From Candidatus Dormiibacterota bacterium (GTDB lineage Bacteria; Chloroflexota; Dormibacteria; Aeolococcales; Aeolococcaceae): 64,000 bases of DNA. The notes below the pieces were generated by a model. The model saw only the letters and a program-made list of their open reading frames with translations, did not search any database and had not been told where the DNA came from. Numbering within the stretch: position 1 is the first letter of the stretch; every line of letters begins with the position of its first letter. This document shows, piece after piece, positions 21,383 to 31,581 of this stretch. The DNA lies in NCBI GenBank assembly GCA_003132525.1, contig PKXZ01000076.1, positions 1,167-65,166 of the forward strand, written 5' to 3'. The position numbers and the translations under genes are program-made.

Positions 21383-21559
21383 ATGCCTCAAGACCTCCGC
21401 GTGCCGGTGGATCCGCCATGCGCTCGCTGCGAGAGCACGCGGTTGGTGCCGCTTACATTCGGGGATCGACAGACCGGGTACGACCAGCCTGGATTCAAGT
21501 GCGCAGATTGCGGCGCGCGCTTTCAGACGCTGCAGAACCAGCGCTTGCCTCGCCCGATT
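21383..21559 (+). CDS. Putative small zinc-ribbon protein (58 aa, CxxC...CxxC); not in the ORF track because it is under 60 aa
   Basis: Translation: MPQDLRVPVDPPCARCESTRLVPLTFGDRQTGYDQPGFKCADCGARFQTLQNQRLPRPI. Two CxxC pairs lie 31 residues apart. It sits in an otherwise empty 315-bp gap between two minus-strand genes. Confidence 0.3.
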
Positions 21560-21595
21560 TGAGGGGCCTCGAGCTGTCTGACCCGGCGCGTCCGG

Positions 21596-23782
21596 TCAGT
21601 CCGCGACGGGGTCTTTGAGCGCCCGGGCCACGTAGACAGCGACGTCGTCCACCGCGAGCGCGCCGCCGATCTGCTTGGCTGAGATGCCCTCGTCGAACAT
21701 GGCCAGACAGAACGGGCATGCCGTCGCGACCTTGGTGGCGTGCGTGTCCACCGCCTGGTCGACCCTGCGGTGGTTGACCCGGGGCTGGCCCTCCTCCATC
21801 CACATCCTGCCGCCGCCGGCGCCACAGCACATCCCCTCGCTCTTGCTTCGCGCCATCTCCACGACCTTGAGGCCTGGGATGCGTTCGAGGATCTCTCGAG
21901 GCGGGGCGAAGATGTCGTTCCAGCGCCCCAGGTAACAGGAGTCGTGGTACGTGATCGTCTCCTCCTGCCCCTTGGCAGCGTCGAGGGTGATCCGCCCCTC
22001 CTTAAGCAGCCGATCGATCAGCTGGGTGTGATGGATGACCTCATAGTCGCCGCCGAAGTCACCGTACTCGTTGGCGAATGTGTTGAAGCAGTGCGGGCAC
22101 GACGCGATGATCTTGCGCACGTTGTGGCGCTTGAGCACCTCGACGTTCTCCTTGGCGCGTTCCTGGAACAGGTACTCGTTGCCGATTCTGCGCGCGGGAT
22201 CACCGGTGCATTTCTCCTCGGTGCCCAGGATGGCGAAGTCCACTCCCGCGGCCTGAAGGATTTTGGACAGTGCTGCGGCGATCGTTCTCGCGCGCTCGTC
22301 GAATGACGCCGCGCAGCCGACCCAGTAGAGGTACTCGGCATCGGGCTTGTCCGCGATAAAGGAAACCCCGAGATCCTTTGCCCAGTCGGCTCGCGACTGA
22401 TGGGACAACCCATACGGGTTGGCGACGTTCTCGATGTTGCGCAGCGCCGATTCCGCCTGCCTGGGCAGGCGCGATTCATCAAGGACGAGATGGCGGCGCA
22501 TGTCCATGATCTTGGGAACGTGCTCGATCAGCACGGGACACTGATCCATGCAAGCGCCACACGTGGTGCACGCCCAGAGTGTCTCCTCGAGAATCGTGCC
22601 TCCGATCAACGGACGTGCTCCGTCGTTGGGCACTGCTGCCGCCACCTGCTCGGGCGAAAGCCATGACGGTTGAAAGTGTCCGGGCAGATCGTGGACCGCG
22701 CCGGCGTGATGATCCCCGCTGGTCCACATTGCCGCACCCTCGCTCGCGTCTCCGTCCTGCGCGAGGTGCGCGTCGTGCCTGGTCGCGGCGTATCCCCCGG
22801 CGAGGTTTTCGTACGCGAGGTCACGCAGATCGGTGATGAGCGTCTTTGGGGACAGCGGTTTGCCGGTGTTGTATGCAGGACAGTGTGTCTGGCAGCGTCC
22901 GCACTCCGTGCACGTGTAGAGATCGAGCGTGTCCTTCCATGAGAACTGCTCGAGGGCGCCGGCGCCGAAGTGCTGGTCGGCCTCGCTCTCGGCGTTCATC
23001 ACGGCCTCGATATCGAGCGTGCGCAACGCTCCTTTCGGCCGCTCGTTCTTGAAGAAGACGTTGGGAACCGACGTGAGGATGTGCAGGTGCTTGCTGTAGC
23101 CGAGGTAGACGAGGAATCCGAACACGAGCGTCAGGTGCGCCCAGAAGAAGATGCCGTGCAGGACGATGAGCGCCTCGCTGCTCGAGCCGAGCGGCCGGAA
23201 GATGCTTGCGAGCGCTGACGCGAGGGGTCGCCACTGACCGAGCGCCTCGGGCGCACCCTCGGCAATTCGCGTGGCGTAGTTGAGCTCCATGCAGATGACC
23301 AGCGCACCGATCCACGCGAGGATGAGGATGGCGTCGCCGCGGTGGCTGCCCCGAAAACGCGTCGGGTTGATGACCAGCCGGTTATAGAGTGCCAGCGCGA
23401 TTCCGCAGATGACCACCAGGAAGAAAAGGTCCTGCAGGAACGCGATCGCCCCGCTCCCCGGGAGCTGGTTGAACTGGAATCCCTGCCAGAGCGCCTCGAC
23501 GATCCCCTGCGCGATCGCGGTGAGCAGCACGAGAAAACCCCAGAAGATGAAGGCGTGGAGCACACCGGCGAGCGGCCACCTGAGCAACCGCCCCTGGGCC
23601 ATCACGTAGACGAAGAAGGCCCGCACACGCGACAACGGGTGATCGAGACGATGCTCCTGACGCGTGGTCCGCCGCATCAAGCCGAGCAGCTTTCGCCAGC
23701 GCAACGCGCTCGCAATCAGCGACGCGCCGGCAAGCAGGACCAGCGCGATCGGGCTGATGATCGCGGTCACTGCCGCGGACAC
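21596..23782 (-). CDS. Membrane-anchored (Fe-S)-binding oxidoreductase, EtfD/HdrD/GlcF-like (homolog class of mycobacterial Rv0338c)
   Basis: N-terminal polytopic TM domain, two 4Fe-4S ferredoxin motifs (CTECGRCQTHCP and CTTCGACMDQCP), and two cysteine-rich CCG domains (CPHCFNT, CCGAGGG, CPFC). GTG start overlaps the crotonase stop (TAGTG). The listed 1256-aa ORF upstream of 23782 is a frame read-through. Confidence 0.8.
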   Translation of the reverse strand: MSAAVTAIISPIALVLLAGASLIASALRWRKLLGLMRRTTRQEHRLDHPLSRVRAFFVYVMAQGRLLRWPLAGVLHAFIFWGFLVLLTAIAQGIVEALWQGFQFNQLPGSGAIAFLQDLFFLVVICGIALALYNRLVINPTRFRGSHRGDAILILAWIGALVICMELNYATRIAEGAPEALGQWRPLASALASIFRPLGSSSEALIVLHGIFFWAHLTLVFGFLVYLGYSKHLHILTSVPNVFFKNERPKGALRTLDIEAVMNAESEADQHFGAGALEQFSWKDTLDLYTCTECGRCQTHCPAYNTGKPLSPKTLITDLRDLAYENLAGGYAATRHDAHLAQDGDASEGAAMWTSGDHHAGAVHDLPGHFQPSWLSPEQVAAAVPNDGARPLIGGTILEETLWACTTCGACMDQCPVLIEHVPKIMDMRRHLVLDESRLPRQAESALRNIENVANPYGLSHQSRADWAKDLGVSFIADKPDAEYLYWVGCAASFDERARTIAAALSKILQAAGVDFAILGTEEKCTGDPARRIGNEYLFQERAKENVEVLKRHNVRKIIASCPHCFNTFANEYGDFGGDYEVIHHTQLIDRLLKEGRITLDAAKGQEETITYHDSCYLGRWNDIFAPPREILERIPGLKVVEMARSKSEGMCCGAGGGRMWMEEGQPRVNHRRVDQAVDTHATKVATACPFCLAMFDEGISAKQIGGALAVDDVAVYVARALKDPVAD

Positions 23783-24597
23783 TAGCGCCCCTTCCACTCC
23801 GGCGGACGTTTTTGCATGAACGCCGCGATCCCCTCCTGAGCGTCCTCGGTTCCGAAGAGGGCGACGAACTCGCTGCGCTCCGCCTTCAATGCCTCGACAA
23901 TCGAAAGTTGCGCGCCGGCCCGCATGGCGCGTTTGGTGGCGGCGAGCGCGAGCGGCGCCCTCGCGGCGAGCAACTCCCCCCAACGCTGCGCAGTGGCGGG
24001 CAGGTCGTCGGGCTCGACGACCTCCGCAACCAGTCCGATCGAGAGCGCGCGTTCGGCGTCGACCGGATCGCCGGTGAGCAGCAGCTCGGCAGCGCGCGCC
24101 GTGCCGATCAGCCGCGGCAGGCGCTGGGTGCCGCCCCAGCCGGGGATGATGCCGAGCTTGATCTCCGGCTGGCCGAAGCGGGCGGTACGCGCCGCGATGC
24201 GGATGTCGCATGCAAGCGTGAGCTCGCAGCCACCGCCGAACGCGATGCCGTTGACGGCGGCGATCACCGGGAGCCGCGAAGCCTCGAAGAGGAGGGTCAG
24301 ATCGGTGGCCTTGCCGATGGCGTCGGCACCCGCGCCGAAGCCGGTGATGTCCGCACCAGCGGAGAAGAACTTGGGCCCGTTTCCGGTGATGACGAGCGCA
24401 CGGCAGGTCTCGTCGGCTTCGGCACTCGCGAGCCCCTCGGCGAGGCCACGGACGACATCGCCATTCACGGCGTTTGCCGGGGGGTGGTCGATGGTGAGCG
24501 TGACCACAGCACCCTCGCGCTCGACGCGGACGGCATCGTGAAGAACCTGACCCACGAGCAGTGCCTCCCTCGATTCGATGATGGCTGCATGCGTCAT
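23782..24597 (-). CDS. Enoyl-CoA hydratase (crotonase family)
   Basis: Crotonase fold (..ALVITGNGPKFFSAGADI.., ..IAAVNGIAFGGGCELTLACDIRIA..), 271 aa from ATG 24597. Confidence 0.85.
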   Translation of the reverse strand: MTHAAIIESREALLVGQVLHDAVRVEREGAVVTLTIDHPPANAVNGDVVRGLAEGLASAEADETCRALVITGNGPKFFSAGADITGFGAGADAIGKATDLTLLFEASRLPVIAAVNGIAFGGGCELTLACDIRIAARTARFGQPEIKLGIIPGWGGTQRLPRLIGTARAAELLLTGDPVDAERALSIGLVAEVVEPDDLPATAQRWGELLAARAPLALAATKRAMRAGAQLSIVEALKAERSEFVALFGTEDAQEGIAAFMQKRPPEWKGR

Positions 24598-24604
24598 ACA
24601 GCAA

Positions 24605-25231
24605 ATGGACGCGCACGCGCCGCGATGCGCTGCAGAGCTGCGAGTAGAGTGCCCAGGGGTGGAGCTTCCTCTGCTCGGCGACAGGGTCGAGCCCGATGCA
24701 CTTCGTGAGTTGAGCGACGATGGACTCGACGCGATCGGTGCCGGGCTGCAGACCGCCGAGCGCGCCACCATCGCCGCGATGGCTCCGTACGAGCAGCATC
24801 TCCGCGAGATCCGCATGCGTGCCACGGAACTCGCCACCGAGCGCCGCAGGCGCGAGCGTGCGCAGCAGGTGGCGCAGCGTGCGGGAGTCCGCGAAGCCGC
24901 AAAGTCCGGTGGCATGCCGAGCCTCGCGGCGGCGCTGGCCGGCGCTGAGGAACTCTTCGAGCCCGCGACCGTTCTGACTGAAGTGCAGGCATTTCTCAGC
25001 ACCGGCGGCGAGGTCGGATTCGGCTTCGCTACCCGGCCCGGGACCATGACGTTCACCGACGGTCGCCAGCAGCGCCAGGCCCGGACCTGGGGTGAGGCGC
25101 GCGAGCTGCATGCGCTCGGGTGGGATCCCGGCGCTCCCGGGACCCCGGGAGTCCGTGTGCACCTCGCCGGCAGCCGGGTGGAGCGCGTCGTGCCGGCAAC
25201 CGATGTGGTGTTGAGCACACCCACGGAGTAG
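24605..25231 (+). CDS. Hypothetical protein
   Basis: The only non-Arg-rich ORF in a 640-bp gap. It ends 6 nt before the lipoprotein gene, which suggests a possible 2-gene operon. No family recognised. Confidence 0.3.
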   Translation: MDAHAPRCAAELRVECPGVELPLLGDRVEPDALRELSDDGLDAIGAGLQTAERATIAAMAPYEQHLREIRMRATELATERRRRERAQQVAQRAGVREAAKSGGMPSLAAALAGAEELFEPATVLTEVQAFLSTGGEVGFGFATRPGTMTFTDGRQQRQARTWGEARELHALGWDPGAPGTPGVRVHLAGSRVERVVPATDVVLSTPTE

Positions 25232-25237
25232 CGTCGC

Positions 25238-26422
25238 GTGAGCGGCATTCCGTCTCGCGTGAGCACCACCGGCCTGGTGGGTGCGGTGCTGCTGACTCTC
25301 CTGGCCGGTTGCGGACGTGCGACGTCGCCGACGGCATCTGCTCGGAGCGCCGCTCCGACCGCACAACCGACGCCGGCCCAGACACCCATGCCGGCGCCAC
25401 CAGCGCCACTGGTGGTGACGGTCGCGGACGCAGGGCCGGCCGAGACCCCATGGACTGCCGTGCGACTTTCTCTCATCGGCGAGGACGGAACGGTGGCGGC
25501 TACAGTCAACGACCCCGGAGGAGTTGACGGCGACGCCTACACGGTCGGGTCGGAGGCCGTCTATTTCATCGACGGGACAGTCGTGAAAGCGCTCGGCCGG
25601 GACGGCACCGTCACGGATGTAGGCCTGGTCCCGCAGGTGAGCACCACAGTGACTTCAGATGATCTCCAGGCATACACCACGTTCACGGTGTCCCCCGATG
25701 ACCAGACCTTCATCTTCGGCATCCCGCTCGCCATCCAGGGTGACCATGGCGCCACGAGCGACCGCTCGCAACTGTGGACCGAGCCGGTGGGCGGCAATGC
25801 AGCGTCTGCGACCATGGTGTACGACGACACCAGCAGCGACGACTTGGTACTCCTGCCCATCTCATGGGGCTCGACCGGTGTCCTCATCTCGCAACGGTCG
25901 ACAACGGGACTGGGTGGCGCAGGACCTTTCATCAACGACACGGACTTCGAAGCGGTGACGTTCGATCCGACAACACGCCTGCTGACAGCCGTCCAGGGAA
26001 ACTGCCTACCGGTGAACCCGCAGGCGGGTGATGCGCCAACTCCTGTTGACGTCTGCGAGGCCCCGAACCCGAGCTCCCCGGACTTGACAGTCGACATCGG
26101 CTCGGAGACAGCGACGGTGACCATGCAAGCCGCAGGTGCCACGGCCTTCGGTTCCGTGGTCGTCTCCGACGATGATCGGTATCTCGCGTATGGCGCCTAC
26201 ATCGGCGACTTTGCCTCAGGTCATTACGTCGCAACCATCGTCAACCTGGTCAACGGCGCAACCGTGGCCACTGTCTCGGGCTTCACGCCGATGCAGTGGC
26301 TCAATGACGACCGACTTGTCGTTTCCCCGTTGTACCTGGACCGTTCGACCTATCTGCTTTCAGCGAGCTTCGACAGCCCAGTCAAGCTGACGGCGGATCA
26401 GCCTACGGGCGCGCTGCCGTAG
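25238..26422 (+). CDS. Putative lipoprotein with a beta-rich extracytoplasmic domain
   Basis: Signal peptide with a lipobox (LLTLLAGCG) and a Pro/Ala-rich linker. Confidence 0.6.
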   Translation: MSGIPSRVSTTGLVGAVLLTLLAGCGRATSPTASARSAAPTAQPTPAQTPMPAPPAPLVVTVADAGPAETPWTAVRLSLIGEDGTVAATVNDPGGVDGDAYTVGSEAVYFIDGTVVKALGRDGTVTDVGLVPQVSTTVTSDDLQAYTTFTVSPDDQTFIFGIPLAIQGDHGATSDRSQLWTEPVGGNAASATMVYDDTSSDDLVLLPISWGSTGVLISQRSTTGLGGAGPFINDTDFEAVTFDPTTRLLTAVQGNCLPVNPQAGDAPTPVDVCEAPNPSSPDLTVDIGSETATVTMQAAGATAFGSVVVSDDDRYLAYGAYIGDFASGHYVATIVNLVNGATVATVSGFTPMQWLNDDRLVVSPLYLDRSTYLLSASFDSPVKLTADQPTGALP

Positions 26423-27108
26423 GAGCTCGGTTCGAGACCGCCGGCTGACCTCGGGGACGGCGATGCCGGCGCTGCCGCGGGGAGGCGCTGCACGATCACC
26501 TTCTCGACATCGCGCGAGACGAGGATTGCGGGGCGGGTGGCATCGATGCGCACGAACCGGCGCGGATGCTCCGCGGCAAGTTGTTCGAACCCGCCCTCCA
26601 CGGCAGCGTGGAATGTCTCCGGGGCGACCTCGAAGCGATCGAGCGGCAGCTGCTGGGCACGCTGCCGCTGCGCTGCGCTGGTGGCGGGTATCGCCAGGTA
26701 GATGGTCAGATCGGGCCAGACGTCGCCACACGCGGCTGCGTGCAACCTGAGCAGATCCGCAGTCGGGATGCCGCGTCCGCCGCCCTGGTATGCGATCGTC
26801 GAATCGGCGTATCGGTCGGCGATCACGACGCTTCCACGCCGCAGCGCGGGAAGGATCGTCTCGTGCAGCAGCTGCACGCGCTCGGCGGTGAAGAGGAGCG
26901 CTTCTGCCCACGCTTCGAGCGCCGGACCCCGCTGATGCTGGAGCACAAAGCTGTGCAGGATCTCTCCGAGTGGAGTCTCGTCGGGTCGCACCGTGACGAC
27001 GTCATGGCCCTGCTGGCGAAGGGCGCCCGCAAGCGACGCTACCTGCGTACTCTTGCCTGCACCATCAAGCCCTTCGAACGAGATGAAAAAGCCGCGCCAT
27101 GCGCCCAT
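26398..27108 (-). CDS. tmk: Thymidylate kinase
   Basis: P-loop FISFEGLDGAGKST and DRY-type motif (IADRYADST). The start is taken at MGAWRGFF. Confidence 0.85.
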   Translation of the reverse strand: MGAWRGFFISFEGLDGAGKSTQVASLAGALRQQGHDVVTVRPDETPLGEILHSFVLQHQRGPALEAWAEALLFTAERVQLLHETILPALRRGSVVIADRYADSTIAYQGGGRGIPTADLLRLHAAACGDVWPDLTIYLAIPATSAAQRQRAQQLPLDRFEVAPETFHAAVEGGFEQLAAEHPRRFVRIDATRPAILVSRDVEKVIVQRLPAAAPASPSPRSAGGLEPSSYGSAPVG

Positions 27109-27152
27109 GTCTCTCAACGCTCCCCCGCCGTCGGGCCCCTCGCCCGAACGGC

Positions 27153-28826
27153 TCATTCCGAGGGTCGCAGTATGACAAGTCGTCGGTTGGGTTCGTCACC
27201 GGTGCTGCGCGCCGTGAGCGCGTGCTGTTCCACGAGTTGGTGCTGCAGCCTGCGCACGTATGCGTTTTGCGGTGTGAGCTCGACGTCGTTACCGGTTCGT
27301 TGCATCTGCTCGATCCCCTCGAGCACCTCCTGCATCGCAGGCTCGGTGTCTCCTTCGGGCTCGTCGTCCGGCTCCTGGGCGGGCGCATCGACGCCGTACA
27401 CGCGGGCGAGCGCTCCCTTGATCTGCGCGACCGTGTTGCTGCGCAGCACGTGGATCGGGATGCCCGAGGACTCCGCCGCGCGCACCGGCGAATCGTGTCG
27501 CCGGTAGTAGTTCTTCAAGGTGAGCACGAGGTCGGCGTCGTCGACGTGGTGCTGGATGCGGACCGGAAGGCGCATCTCTCGCAGCGACTGCTCGAGGTAA
27601 TTGCGTGAGACGCCATAGGGGAAGATCGAAAGCGGCGGTCCGGGACGAACCGCCGGTGCCGGCGGTTCCCACTCGCGCTCGCGCCGCTGCTGTCCGGCGA
27701 TGTACTCGTCGACGTCGAAACGCCGCCGGCGCTCACGGGTCCGCCTGCCGCCACGTCCGCCGCCGGGAAATGGCGCGGGCTCGAAGGGCGACGGCCTGGT
27801 CGCCGCAGCGCTGGTGTCGACGCGGCTCACGATCGCGCCCGCTTCGTCGCGCGTGCGCAACTGTGGCGGGCGAACCCTGCCGCGCAGCGCCTCATCAACG
27901 GTCTCCGCAAGTGGCGCGTGCACAACCACCCGGTCCCGCTCCTGGATCTCGATGAGCACATCGAAGGTGGGCGGCGATTTGCGCTCGAGCACCGACTTCT
28001 GCGTGCCGCGGCGCCGGGCCTCCTCGTCGGAGAGGGTCACCGTCTGGATGCCGCCGAGCAGGTCGTTGAGTGTCGGGTTCACCAGCAGGGAATCAATATT
28101 GGATCCATGGGCGGTGCCGACGAGCTGCACGCCACGCTCGGCGATCGTCCTCGCGGCGACGGCCTCCAGCTCGGTGCCGATCTCGTCGATGACGATGCAC
28201 TGGGGCATGTGATTCTCGACAGCCTCGATCATCACCGCGTGCTGGAGTGCCGGCGTCCTGACCTGCATGCGGCGCGAGCGCCCGATGCCCGGGTGAGGGA
28301 TATCGCCGTCGCCGGCAATCTCGTTCGACGTGTCGACGATGACAACGCGCTTGCCGCACTCGTCGCTGAGCACGCGCGCGCATTCGCGCAGCATGGTGGT
28401 CTTGCCGATACCGGGCGGCCCGAGCAGCAGGATCGACTGGCCGCTGATGACCATGTCCTTGATGATGTCGATGGTCCCTGTGACCGCGCGCCCGACCCGG
28501 CAGGTGAGTCCGACGATCGTCCCTTTGCGATTGCGGATGGCGCTGATCCTGTGCAGCGTGCGCTCGATTCCCGCGCGGTTGTCGTCACCAAAGAGGCCGA
28601 CGTGCTCGGTCACATAGTCGATCTCGGCGTTGCCGACATTCGCGGAGTCGAGGATCGCCTCACCGTCGGTGAACCGGGCCTCGGGCTCGCGACCAAGGTC
28701 GAGCACGATCTCGAGCAGATCGCCTCGTCCCTGAGAGAGACGTTGCGCGGCAGACGCGATGCGGGGCGGGAGAGCTGAGAAGAGCAGGGCGAGCTCCTCT
28801 TCCCATGAGGATCCGTAGGGCATCAC
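27153..28826 (-). CDS. SpoIIIAA-like AAA+ ATPase with a C-terminal R3H-like nucleic-acid-binding region (Ycf45-like)
   Basis: Walker [10 protein letters not shown] and Walker B IVIDEIG, a Gly/Arg-rich linker, and a C-terminal basic, R/H-containing domain. Confidence 0.6.
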   Translation of the reverse strand: MMPYGSSWEEELALLFSALPPRIASAAQRLSQGRGDLLEIVLDLGREPEARFTDGEAILDSANVGNAEIDYVTEHVGLFGDDNRAGIERTLHRISAIRNRKGTIVGLTCRVGRAVTGTIDIIKDMVISGQSILLLGPPGIGKTTMLRECARVLSDECGKRVVIVDTSNEIAGDGDIPHPGIGRSRRMQVRTPALQHAVMIEAVENHMPQCIVIDEIGTELEAVAARTIAERGVQLVGTAHGSNIDSLLVNPTLNDLLGGIQTVTLSDEEARRRGTQKSVLERKSPPTFDVLIEIQERDRVVVHAPLAETVDEALRGRVRPPQLRTRDEAGAIVSRVDTSAAATRPSPFEPAPFPGGGRGGRRTRERRRRFDVDEYIAGQQRREREWEPPAPAVRPGPPLSIFPYGVSRNYLEQSLREMRLPVRIQHHVDDADLVLTLKNYYRRHDSPVRAAESSGIPIHVLRSNTVAQIKGALARVYGVDAPAQEPDDEPEGDTEPAMQEVLEGIEQMQRTGNDVELTPQNAYVRRLQHQLVEQHALTARSTGDEPNRRLVILRPSE

Positions 28827-29917
28827 CTGGGCGACGATCTCTGTCTCCTCGTTGTAGTCGTGGACAGGACGCGGAGTGGGGCGGACGGTGAGCTCGATGG
28901 AACGCTGCGTGCGATACCCGCATGGACCAGCACAGGCTTCTTGCGCCGCGACGGCGCATTGATGCGCACTTTTTCACCGAGCTCGCTGATCAGCAGCAAT
29001 TGCGTGCCGTACACAGCAAATCCGCGCTGCTGGAGTGCCCGGATCAGCTCGGAGTCGTAGTGGCGGAGCACGCACGAAGCGGGTCCCGACGGCAGCTCTG
29101 CAAGCACCGCATCGATGATCGCGTCACGCAATCCGGGGTCGTGGCCCTCGACCATCATGCTGAGGCTCGCCGGCTGCGCTGCCGTCGGCGGGCGAATCGC
29201 CGCCCAGGCAACGATGCCGGGCCGCTCGACGACCAGGTGACGGACGTTGTCGCGGCCCATGCCGGCGATGAGCCCTTGCGCGTATCCAGCCTGCCACGTC
29301 TTCAGCGAGGGACCTTCGACAGCAGCCACCTGCGATGGCGTCGTGCGCAGGTACAGCAGGTAGATCGCCCCGATGTCATCCCTGCGCGCCGGACGGATGA
29401 GCGTCGATCTCACCGACGGTTCGGGATCGGCGGTCGCCTGGTCGCGGTAGAGGATCTGCTCGGTGGCGAACTGGGCGTAGCCGTGCTCGAGGAAGACCGG
29501 AAGGAGTGGATGGTCGAGGGGCAGGCGCACATGCACGCGCTGGACGCCGTGCTCGAGACCGCGATTGCGTATGCCGTCAAGCAACTCCGCGCGGGCGAAA
29601 TGGCCGTGCGCAGTTGTCGAGGTGCAGAGGTTGAGGATCTGCCACGAGCGCGGACGCACGGAGAGTGACTGAACCTGCACGAAGCCGACGACGCCTTCCT
29701 TGGTGTCCTCGGCGACGAGCATCTCCTCCGACACGTCGGTGATCGGCACCAGCGAGGAGAGCGACTTGGTCAGCGCCTGCCAGAGGCGCAGCAACGTCGC
29801 TTCGGGGACGGGGCTGTCGAGAGTCATCTGCGCTCCGTGGCGCTCGTCCTCGGTTGCCTCCCGATACAGCTGCTCGATGCGCGCGAGATCGCGAAACGAT
29901 GCCGAGCGGATGATCAC
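28823..29917 (-). CDS. Tandem GNAT-like acetyltransferase domain protein
   Basis: Two GNAT-like halves (..[14 protein letters not shown].. and ..[33 protein letters not shown]..) and a low-complexity Ser/Arg tail. Confidence 0.45.
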   Translation of the reverse strand: MIIRSASFRDLARIEQLYREATEDERHGAQMTLDSPVPEATLLRLWQALTKSLSSLVPITDVSEEMLVAEDTKEGVVGFVQVQSLSVRPRSWQILNLCTSTTAHGHFARAELLDGIRNRGLEHGVQRVHVRLPLDHPLLPVFLEHGYAQFATEQILYRDQATADPEPSVRSTLIRPARRDDIGAIYLLYLRTTPSQVAAVEGPSLKTWQAGYAQGLIAGMGRDNVRHLVVERPGIVAWAAIRPPTAAQPASLSMMVEGHDPGLRDAIIDAVLAELPSGPASCVLRHYDSELIRALQQRGFAVYGTQLLLISELGEKVRINAPSRRKKPVLVHAGIARSVPSSSPSAPLRVLSTTTTRRQRSSPR

Positions 29918-30519
29918 GCCGCGCTGACCTCGAGGGCTGCCGCCGCGCGCTCCAGGAACAGCTGGTGCAGGCGCGAATCGTCTGTCATCTCCGGGTGGAA
30001 GCAGAGACCGACGTGGGGTCCCTGGGCGATCGCCACCGGGTTGCTGCCGAAACTGGCTATAACCTCGGCGTCACCGCCCACCTGCTCGATGAGCGGCGCC
30101 CGGATGAACACCGCGCGAAACGGGGCGACCCCGAGCGGCGCGATCGGGATGTCGGCCTCGAAGGACTCGACCTGGCGTCCGTAGCCGTTGCGGCGGACGC
30201 TGACATCGAGGACCCCGAGAGCGATCTGATCGGGGCGGCCGTCGAGCACCTCGCGGCTCATGAGGATCAGGCCGGCACACGTTGAGAGTGTGGGCATGCC
30301 GCCGGCCAGGCGCTCGCGGAGCGGTGCCTCGAGACCAAAGACCTGGAGCAGGCGGCTCATCGTCGTGGACTCTCCACCGGGAAGGACGAGCGCGTCGACA
30401 TTGTCGAGCTCCGCGGGGGTGCGCACCGTTGATGCCTCTGCGCCGCAGTCGCGGAGTGCCATCAGGTGCTCCCGGACGTCGCCCTGGAGGGCGAGAACGC
30501 CTACCCGAAGGATGGTCAA
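29914..30519 (-). CDS. pdxT: Pyridoxal 5'-phosphate synthase glutaminase subunit
   Basis: Class I glutamine amidotransferase (..VGVLALQGDVREH.., ..TCAGLI..). Confidence 0.9.
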   Translation of the reverse strand: MTILRVGVLALQGDVREHLMALRDCGAEASTVRTPAELDNVDALVLPGGESTTMSRLLQVFGLEAPLRERLAGGMPTLSTCAGLILMSREVLDGRPDQIALGVLDVSVRRNGYGRQVESFEADIPIAPLGVAPFRAVFIRAPLIEQVGGDAEVIASFGSNPVAIAQGPHVGLCFHPEMTDDSRLHQLFLERAAAALEVSAA

Positions 30520-30617
30520 TTCCCTCTCAGCGGACGCGGTCGCTCCGTCCCTGGCGGGGCAGACTTCGCGTCATTCGCACACCACTAGTGTACGCCCCAG
30601 ACCGCGCGGCGGCAGCA

Positions 30618-31535
30618 CTACCAACCGCGGGTTGCGAGCAGCTCTCCAGCCGGCATCGAGGCGACGTCGAGGCCCGGCATGGCTTTGCCCAGGCCGGCGC
30701 TCACGTCAGCGATGACGTCGGGCCTGTCGTAATACGTTGTGGCGGCGACGATCGCCTTTGCGTACGCCTCCGGGTTGGTGCTCTTGAAGATGCCGCTGCC
30801 GACGAAGTTGCCGTCGCAGCCGAGTTGCATCATCAGCGCCGCGTCGGCCGGAGTCGCGATGCCGCCAGCGGAGAAGTTGACGACCGGCAGCTTGCCCGTG
30901 CTGTGAATTTCCTGGACGAGGTCGAAGGGTGCACCGAGGTGCTTCGCTTCAGCCATCAACTCTTCCGGACGCATCGACGCGATCCGCCGGATGCCGCCCT
31001 GCACGGCGCGCATGTGGCGTACGGCCTCGACGACGTTGCCAGTACCGGCCTCGCCCTTCGTGCGGATCATTGCCGCGCCTTCACCGATGCGCCGGAGCGC
31101 CTCGCCGAGGTCACGCGCTCCGCACACAAACGGTACATCGAACTGCCACTTGTCGATGTGATGCTCCTCGTCCGCCGGAGTCAGCACCTCGGACTCGTCG
31201 ATGTAGTCGACGCCGAGTGACTGCAACACCTGTGCCTCGACGAAATGCCCTATGCGGGCCTTGGCCATGACCGGAATGGTCACCGCCGCGATGATTTGGT
31301 TGATCAGGCTCACGTCGCTCATGCGAGCAACGCCGCCGTCGCGACGGATGTCCGATGGAACGCGCTCAAGGGCCATGACCGCGACCGCACCCGCGTCCTC
31401 CGCGATCTTCGCCTGCTCCGCCGTGACCACGTCCATGATGACGCCGCCCTTCAGCATCTCCGCCAGACCGCGTTTGACACGCACGCCGCCGGTGTGGGGC
31501 TCGTGTCCGTTGGAACCTGTCTTGTCGCTCGTCAT
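30618..31535 (-). CDS. pdxS: Pyridoxal 5'-phosphate synthase lyase subunit
   Basis: SOR/SNZ family (..[21 protein letters not shown].., ..[12 protein letters not shown]..). The start is taken at MTSDKTG. Confidence 0.92.
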   Translation of the reverse strand: MTSDKTGSNGHEPHTGGVRVKRGLAEMLKGGVIMDVVTAEQAKIAEDAGAVAVMALERVPSDIRRDGGVARMSDVSLINQIIAAVTIPVMAKARIGHFVEAQVLQSLGVDYIDESEVLTPADEEHHIDKWQFDVPFVCGARDLGEALRRIGEGAAMIRTKGEAGTGNVVEAVRHMRAVQGGIRRIASMRPEELMAEAKHLGAPFDLVQEIHSTGKLPVVNFSAGGIATPADAALMMQLGCDGNFVGSGIFKSTNPEAYAKAIVAATTYYDRPDVIADVSAGLGKAMPGLDVASMPAGELLATRGW

Positions 31536-31581
31536 GATTCTCGCTCCTCGCCCGGCTCGTTCTGCCGGGAATGGATTCATT

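Noticed and set aside
23783-25366. The upstream 528 codons of the listed 1256-aa minus-strand ORF (21596..25366).
   Set aside because: This part is Arg-, His- and Gly-rich with no domain content. It runs antisense or out of frame across the real crotonase gene (23782..24597, minus strand) and across the plus-strand hypothetical protein. The genuine Fe-S protein begins at GTG 23782, directly after the crotonase TAG.
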